Positions 59,687-64,000 of a stretch of 64,000 nt of DNA are shown here, piece by piece; the stretch's first letter is position 1; every line of letters begins with the position of its first letter. Below the pieces are notes generated by a model. That model worked only from the letters and a program-made list of their open reading frames with translations, was not told the DNA's origin and searched no databases. Where the stretch lies: positions 242,331 through 306,330 of the forward strand of contig JAWAJB010000002.1 of assembly GCA_038888155.1 (NCBI GenBank). Direction: 5' to 3'. This stretch comes from Desulfurococcaceae archaeon (GTDB taxonomy: Archaea > Thermoproteota > Thermoprotei_A > Sulfolobales > Desulfurococcaceae). The translations under genes were made by a program, and so were the position numbers.

Positions 59687-60474
59687 GTATAAAAATAGGA
59701 GAGATACCATTTTATGTTCTACTGGCGCTGGCTCTTTTTATACTAGTTGCTCCAATAGGTATTCCGCTATCTGTAGCTTTCAGCGAGAATACTGTTATAT
59801 CTTTTCCTCCTACGGGCTTTTCCTTAAGGTGGTTTCACAACATTTTTTCCTTTAGGAGCCTGACCGATGGCTTTGTGCACAGTTTAAAGCTAGCGTCCAT
59901 TGCTTCATTAACCGCGCTGTTAGTGACTCTGCCGGCTTCGTATGTACTCTACAGATACAGCTTCAAAGGTAGGAAACTAGTCGAAAATCTCTTCTTAATG
60001 CCTACAACTATTCCAGAGATAGTTTTGAGCTATATGCTCTTAATATACTTAGTTAAGCTATTGGGCGTTGGTTCTTTCAGCGCTCTTCTAGTGGGACATG
60101 TGTTGATCCTTATTCCTCACGCAATGAGATACGTATACGTGAGCTTGGCCAACGTAGGGCATGAAATAGAGGATGCTGCAGTGAGCTTGGGAGCACCGCG
60201 GTTAAAAGCATTCTTGGACATTGTCGTACCAAATATAAGGACTGGAATGGTGGCCGGAATCGTAATGTCTTTTATAACTTCCTTTAACGCATTTTCTATT
60301 TCTCTATTTCTAAGCTATGGTGAAACAATGCCTTTGCCAATTGCGATGTGGAATTATTTGCAGGTTAGATACGACCCCACTATCGCCGCTGTTTCTTTTG
60401 TTCTGGTACTATTCTCTCTGAGTTTTGTCCTCATCGTGAGGAAAATAATAGGCATCAAGGTGCTAAAGCTATGA
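59680..60474 (+). CDS. ABC permease (PotC-like)
   Basis: FPPTGFSLRWF, EDAAVSLGA, FITSFN, DPTIAAVS. Confidence 0.9.
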   Translation: MVSIKIGEIPFYVLLALALFILVAPIGIPLSVAFSENTVISFPPTGFSLRWFHNIFSFRSLTDGFVHSLKLASIASLTALLVTLPASYVLYRYSFKGRKLVENLFLMPTTIPEIVLSYMLLIYLVKLLGVGSFSALLVGHVLILIPHAMRYVYVSLANVGHEIEDAAVSLGAPRLKAFLDIVVPNIRTGMVAGIVMSFITSFNAFSISLFLSYGETMPLPIAMWNYLQVRYDPTIAAVSFVLVLFSLSFVLIVRKIIGIKVLKL

Positions 60475-61502
60475 GCTTTATGGAGCTGAGAAATATATAT
60501 TTTTACTATACGAAGGATAAACCAGTCCTTAAGGAACTTAACCTTAAGGTTGAACGGGGAGAGTTGTTAGCCTTACTAGGTGAGAGCGGGTCAGGTAAAT
60601 CGACGTTACTAAAAATAATAGCGGGCTTTTTGAGGCCAAGCAGCGGCAGAGTGTTAATAGATGGTAAAGATTTCACTGAAGTCCCGCCCCACAAGAGAGA
60701 TGTAGGAATAGTTTTCCAGAACTACGCACTATTTCCTCACATGAGTGTTTTTGAAAACATTATGTATGGCCTGAAGGTTCGGGGCATAAGTAGAGATGAA
60801 GCTAACGAGAGAGTAAACGAGCTACTAGAAGTGTTAAATATAAAAGATCTTGCAAACAAAAAGCCGACACAACTGAGCGGAGGCCAGCAACAAAGAGTTG
60901 CTATCGCTAGAGCTCTTGCAATAAGGCCGAAAATACTGCTCATGGATGAGCCAATGAGCAATATCGATCCGAAGTTAAGATCTAAACTCAGAGTAGAGAT
61001 TAAGAGAATACAAAGGGAATTTAACATAACAACAGTTTACGTAACTCATGATCAAGACGATGCATTTGAAATTGGGGATAGAATAGCTGTTCTCCACGAT
61101 GGATCAATTGAGAAAGTTGATACGCCTTTAAATATACTTAACAATCCGGAAACATACTACGTAGCTAGTTTTCTTGGCTATGAAAATATATTGCCAATCT
61201 CTACGCTTCTCGACGCATTTAAGGCCTTCGAGGAAGTCCTTAGAGAAAAGGAAAGTGAGGGCTACAAATACGTAGGGCTAAGAGCTCCTTTGATGAATAT
61301 CTCGAGGGGAGGCGTGAACCTCAACGACATGTTCATTGTTCGCGGAAAAATATTAGAGAAATTATTCAAAAAAGAAAAAGTGGGCTATATAGTTGACACG
61401 GAGCTTGGAAGGCTAGAAGTCCACACTACAGATGATAAGTATAGCGTTGGCGAATCCATATATGTAACCTTCACTGATAAAGACCTAGTTTTTCTAAAGT
61501 AA
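60471..61502 (+). CDS. ABC ATP-binding subunit (PotA-like)
   Basis: GESGSGKST, FQNYALFPH, LSGGQQQR, LLMDEP, VTHD. Confidence 0.95.
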   Translation: MSFMELRNIYFYYTKDKPVLKELNLKVERGELLALLGESGSGKSTLLKIIAGFLRPSSGRVLIDGKDFTEVPPHKRDVGIVFQNYALFPHMSVFENIMYGLKVRGISRDEANERVNELLEVLNIKDLANKKPTQLSGGQQQRVAIARALAIRPKILLMDEPMSNIDPKLRSKLRVEIKRIQREFNITTVYVTHDQDDAFEIGDRIAVLHDGSIEKVDTPLNILNNPETYYVASFLGYENILPISTLLDAFKAFEEVLREKESEGYKYVGLRAPLMNISRGGVNLNDMFIVRGKILEKLFKKEKVGYIVDTELGRLEVHTTDDKYSVGESIYVTFTDKDLVFLK

Positions 61503-61560
61503 TTTTTATATAATCCCCACTTCTGGTTCCACATTTTCAGGTTATTACGTAATTAATGAC

Positions 61561-62205
61561 TTATACTTTGCCCTTGAATTCCTTTTTATGAAGCTCTATA
61601 ACCTCCATGGGCAATAAATAGACAGTGCCTATCTGCCTTGCCAATATATATATACATGAAAGCCTTTCAACGAGTCCAAGTATTTCAACGGCTTCATCTA
61701 TGTCCTTACCGCAGGCAACAACCCCGTGGTTTGCCAAGATAGCAGCCTTTCTGCCTTCCAGCGCTTTTACAACATTGTCTGCGAGCTCCTTGCTACCAGC
61801 GGGTGCAAATTCGGCTACCCTGACTTCTCCTCCAATACTAATTAAAGCCTCCTCAATCAAGGGAGGGAGAGATTCCCTCGTGACAGCAAGGACTGTAGAA
61901 TGTAATCCGTGGGCATGCACAATTGCATTGATGTTATTAAAATTTCTATAAATTGCTAAGTGGAAGGGAAGCTCGATAGTAGGCTTACTGGTGCCCTCTA
62001 CGACGTTGCCGCTTAGGTCCACCACCAATAAGTCTTTTGGTTGAAGCTTTGCTTTAAGTGCACCGCTTGGCGTCACTAATACGTGTCCTCTTTCTCTTAT
62101 TAAAATACTCATATTGCCTGACCTTCCTTGATTCCAACCTTTGCTCTCTATGTATTTAAGAGCCTCGACGATCTTTTCTTTCAGCTCGGTGTACATGAAT
62201 ACCAC
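61561..62205 (-). CDS. Class II aldolase/adducin family (fuculose-phosphate aldolase-like)
   Basis: SGNMS, TPSG, KPTIELPFH, VHAH, GSKELA, LANHG. Confidence 0.9.
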   Translation of the reverse strand: MVFMYTELKEKIVEALKYIESKGWNQGRSGNMSILIRERGHVLVTPSGALKAKLQPKDLLVVDLSGNVVEGTSKPTIELPFHLAIYRNFNNINAIVHAHGLHSTVLAVTRESLPPLIEEALISIGGEVRVAEFAPAGSKELADNVVKALEGRKAAILANHGVVACGKDIDEAVEILGLVERLSCIYILARQIGTVYLLPMEVIELHKKEFKGKV

Positions 62206-62348
62206 TTATTGACATCATATGTTATTCTATCTTATGTTGTCTCATATTAAACTTGAATTAAGCTTCATTGATTTTTAGCAATAGGATTTAAAAGAGCTAG
62301 AAATTTTAATGGTAACCTGATACTAGATATTAAAAACAAATTTAGCAA

Positions 62349-63356
62349 CTAAACGTCCAACTCGTCTAAAAGTTTTCTCCTAGAGGTAGTTTCACGGGTT
62401 TTTTTAAATAATCTCGTAGTGAAATACCTCATTGCACTATCGGGGAGCACGGTTATTACGACATCGCCTACACTCAACTTTTCATCTCTTGCCAATTTTA
62501 CAGCAGAGGCGATGTTAGCACCTGAGCTAATACCAACAAGGAGGCCTTCAAGTCTAGCTGCCATTCTAGCTGCCGTAATAGCCTCTTCGCTAGAAACTGT
62601 TATAAAGCCATCAATCAAATGTCTATGCCTGATTACAATATTGGGAATAAATCCGTCTCCAACTCCTTCTATTTCGTGCCTGCCAGATTGACCGGGGATT
62701 CCAGTTTTAAACCACACACTCGCTACGGGGCATTCGGCAGGCTCCGCCCCAAAGACAAGGACATCGTTGCACTCCTCTTTAAGGCGCTTAGCGATACCTA
62801 CTAGAGTTCCACCTGTCCCTATTTGAACAATAAATGCTTTGGGGCACCCAATTTGATCCAATATCTCTCTCCCAGTTGTCTCGTAATGTGCTTCTACATT
62901 TGTTTCATCGCTCCATTGGTCAAATAGGTAATACCTATTGGGGTTGTCAGAGACAAGTTTTTTTGCTGCATCGAGAGTTAAACCTGAGTCAGCCTCGCCC
63001 CCTGGGGTAAAATAAAATTCAGCCCCTAGAAGTTTCATCAACGCAAAGCGCTCAAAGCTCATTTCCTCCGGGATAACTATAAGCACTTTAAACCCCAAAG
63101 CTCCTGCGACCGCTGAAAAAGATATTCCAGTATTGCCCGTTGTTGGAACAACAATAGTCATTCCCTTCTTGAGATCTCCCCTTTCCATTGCTCTTGTGAT
63201 CATATATATGGCTATTCTATCCTTTATACTACCGGTGGGGTTGAGAAACTCTAATTTTGCCCAAATTTCTGGTTTGATGTTTGAAGGAGGAATTTTAGAT
63301 AGCTTAATAATAGGAGTATTTCCTACGCAGTCAAGAACGTCGTTACAAACCTTCAT
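62349..63356 (-). CDS. Cysteine synthase/cystathionine beta-synthase family PLP enzyme
   Basis: GNTP, KLEFLNPTGSIKDR, TTGNTG, GTGGT, IEGVG, GISSGAN, LPDS; ATG 63356 preferred. Confidence 0.9.
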   Translation of the reverse strand: MKVCNDVLDCVGNTPIIKLSKIPPSNIKPEIWAKLEFLNPTGSIKDRIAIYMITRAMERGDLKKGMTIVVPTTGNTGISFSAVAGALGFKVLIVIPEEMSFERFALMKLLGAEFYFTPGGEADSGLTLDAAKKLVSDNPNRYYLFDQWSDETNVEAHYETTGREILDQIGCPKAFIVQIGTGGTLVGIAKRLKEECNDVLVFGAEPAECPVASVWFKTGIPGQSGRHEIEGVGDGFIPNIVIRHRHLIDGFITVSSEEAITAARMAARLEGLLVGISSGANIASAVKLARDEKLSVGDVVITVLPDSAMRYFTTRLFKKTRETTSRRKLLDELDV

Positions 63357-63506
63357 TATTTGACACCAAGTAAAATACATACGAAGCCCTTTTATAGATG
63401 GGACAAGATTAGCGTTACCAAAGATGGTTTTCCAATAAAATTTCATTTTAGGAGATCTAAGTGAAATTTTTATCGAAAATTGCTCAAAGGAATTGAATTT
63501 AAAAAA

Positions 63507-64000
63507 CTATATTTCTTTTATAACACGGTTCGCAAGCACTCCTAGCCCGCTGATCTCCGCTTCTACCAAGTCTCCGTCTTTGAGATATGTTTGCCTGGCG
63601 TGCCCAACACCAGCAGGAGTTCCTGTTGCTATTAGATCTCCTGGTAATAGTTTTATCCCCAGCGATAATTCTTCAATGATTTGCTCTATCCCAAAAACCA
63701 TTCCGGATGCCTTTTCCTTCTGCCTTGTTTCTCCATTAACTCTTAAAATGAGCTCAAGAGAGTAAGGATCTTGAATCTCGTCCTTAGTGACCAAATAAGG
63801 TCCTACTGGAGTTGAAGAATCCATATTTTTGCCGTGAAGCCAATCCAAGCCAAACCTCGGGTGGCCTCTTGATTGCCAGTCCCTAAATGATATATCGTTA
63901 AATACTGTGTACCCTGCTACGTAATCTAGTGCATTGCTTTTGTTTACGTACTTTCCCTTCCTCCCAATAACTACTCCCAGCTCTACCTCGTAATCTGGAG
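63507..64000 (-). CDS. Fumarylacetoacetate hydrolase family protein (3' part; starts beyond window end)
   Basis: Manual extension: PDYEVELGVVIG...GYTVFNDISFRDWQ...GKNMD...GDLIATGTPAGVG. Confidence 0.92.
   Translation of the reverse strand, partial: PDYEVELGVVIGRKGKYVNKSNALDYVAGYTVFNDISFRDWQSRGHPRFGLDWLHGKNMDSSTPVGPYLVTKDEIQDPYSLELILRVNGETRQKEKASGMVFGIEQIIEELSLGIKLLPGDLIATGTPAGVGHARQTYLKDGDLVEAEISGLGVLANRVIKEI

Noticed and set aside
145-63765. Many short ORFs in the track that are antisense to or overlap real genes (e.g. 5824-6261, 7038-7583, 35259-35861, 46466-47023)
   Set aside because: Shadow frames of well-supported CDS, with no motifs and atypical Ser/Ile-rich composition
1-64000. tRNA, rRNA, CRISPR arrays, intact IS/integrase genes
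   Set aside because: No cloverleaf with T-loop, no long GC-rich RNA segment, no regularly spaced 24-40 bp repeats and no transposase/integrase motifs seen by eye

Overview
AT-rich (about 40% GC by eye), gene-dense archaeal chromosome segment. It is most likely from an anaerobic, peptide-fermenting thermophile of the Thermoproteota (inferred from a single-OB SSB, GGTGA/GGAGGT ribosome sites, TATA-like promoters, a WOR5-type tungsten oxidoreductase and an IlvC2-like KARI). About 50 CDS, dominated by amino-acid, peptide and nucleoside scavenging: three M20 peptidases, a carbamoylase, a D-aminoacylase, an S9 peptidase, ABC/APC/AGCS/NCS1 transporters, and an adenine-deaminase-like plus phosphorylase operon. 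Ion bioenergetics is represented by a 9-gene Mrp-like operon without hydrogenase subunits and by oadA-B-G. I found no rRNA, tRNA, CRISPR array or intact mobile element. The most notable signals are active-site substitutions read directly from the sequence: OadB lacking its essential Asp (GGATGPV), an adenine deaminase homolog with His-Cys instead of His-Glu, an MLE-subgroup enolase with RxK and a His at a metal-ligand position, and an Mrp pump subunit with an altered charged axis plus an apparent stand-alone lateral-helix subunit. Also notable are a ubiquitin-like MoaD ending GG-SK and a secreted orphan gene frameshifted at a GA tract. All family calls come from motif recognition by eye; no database searches were run.
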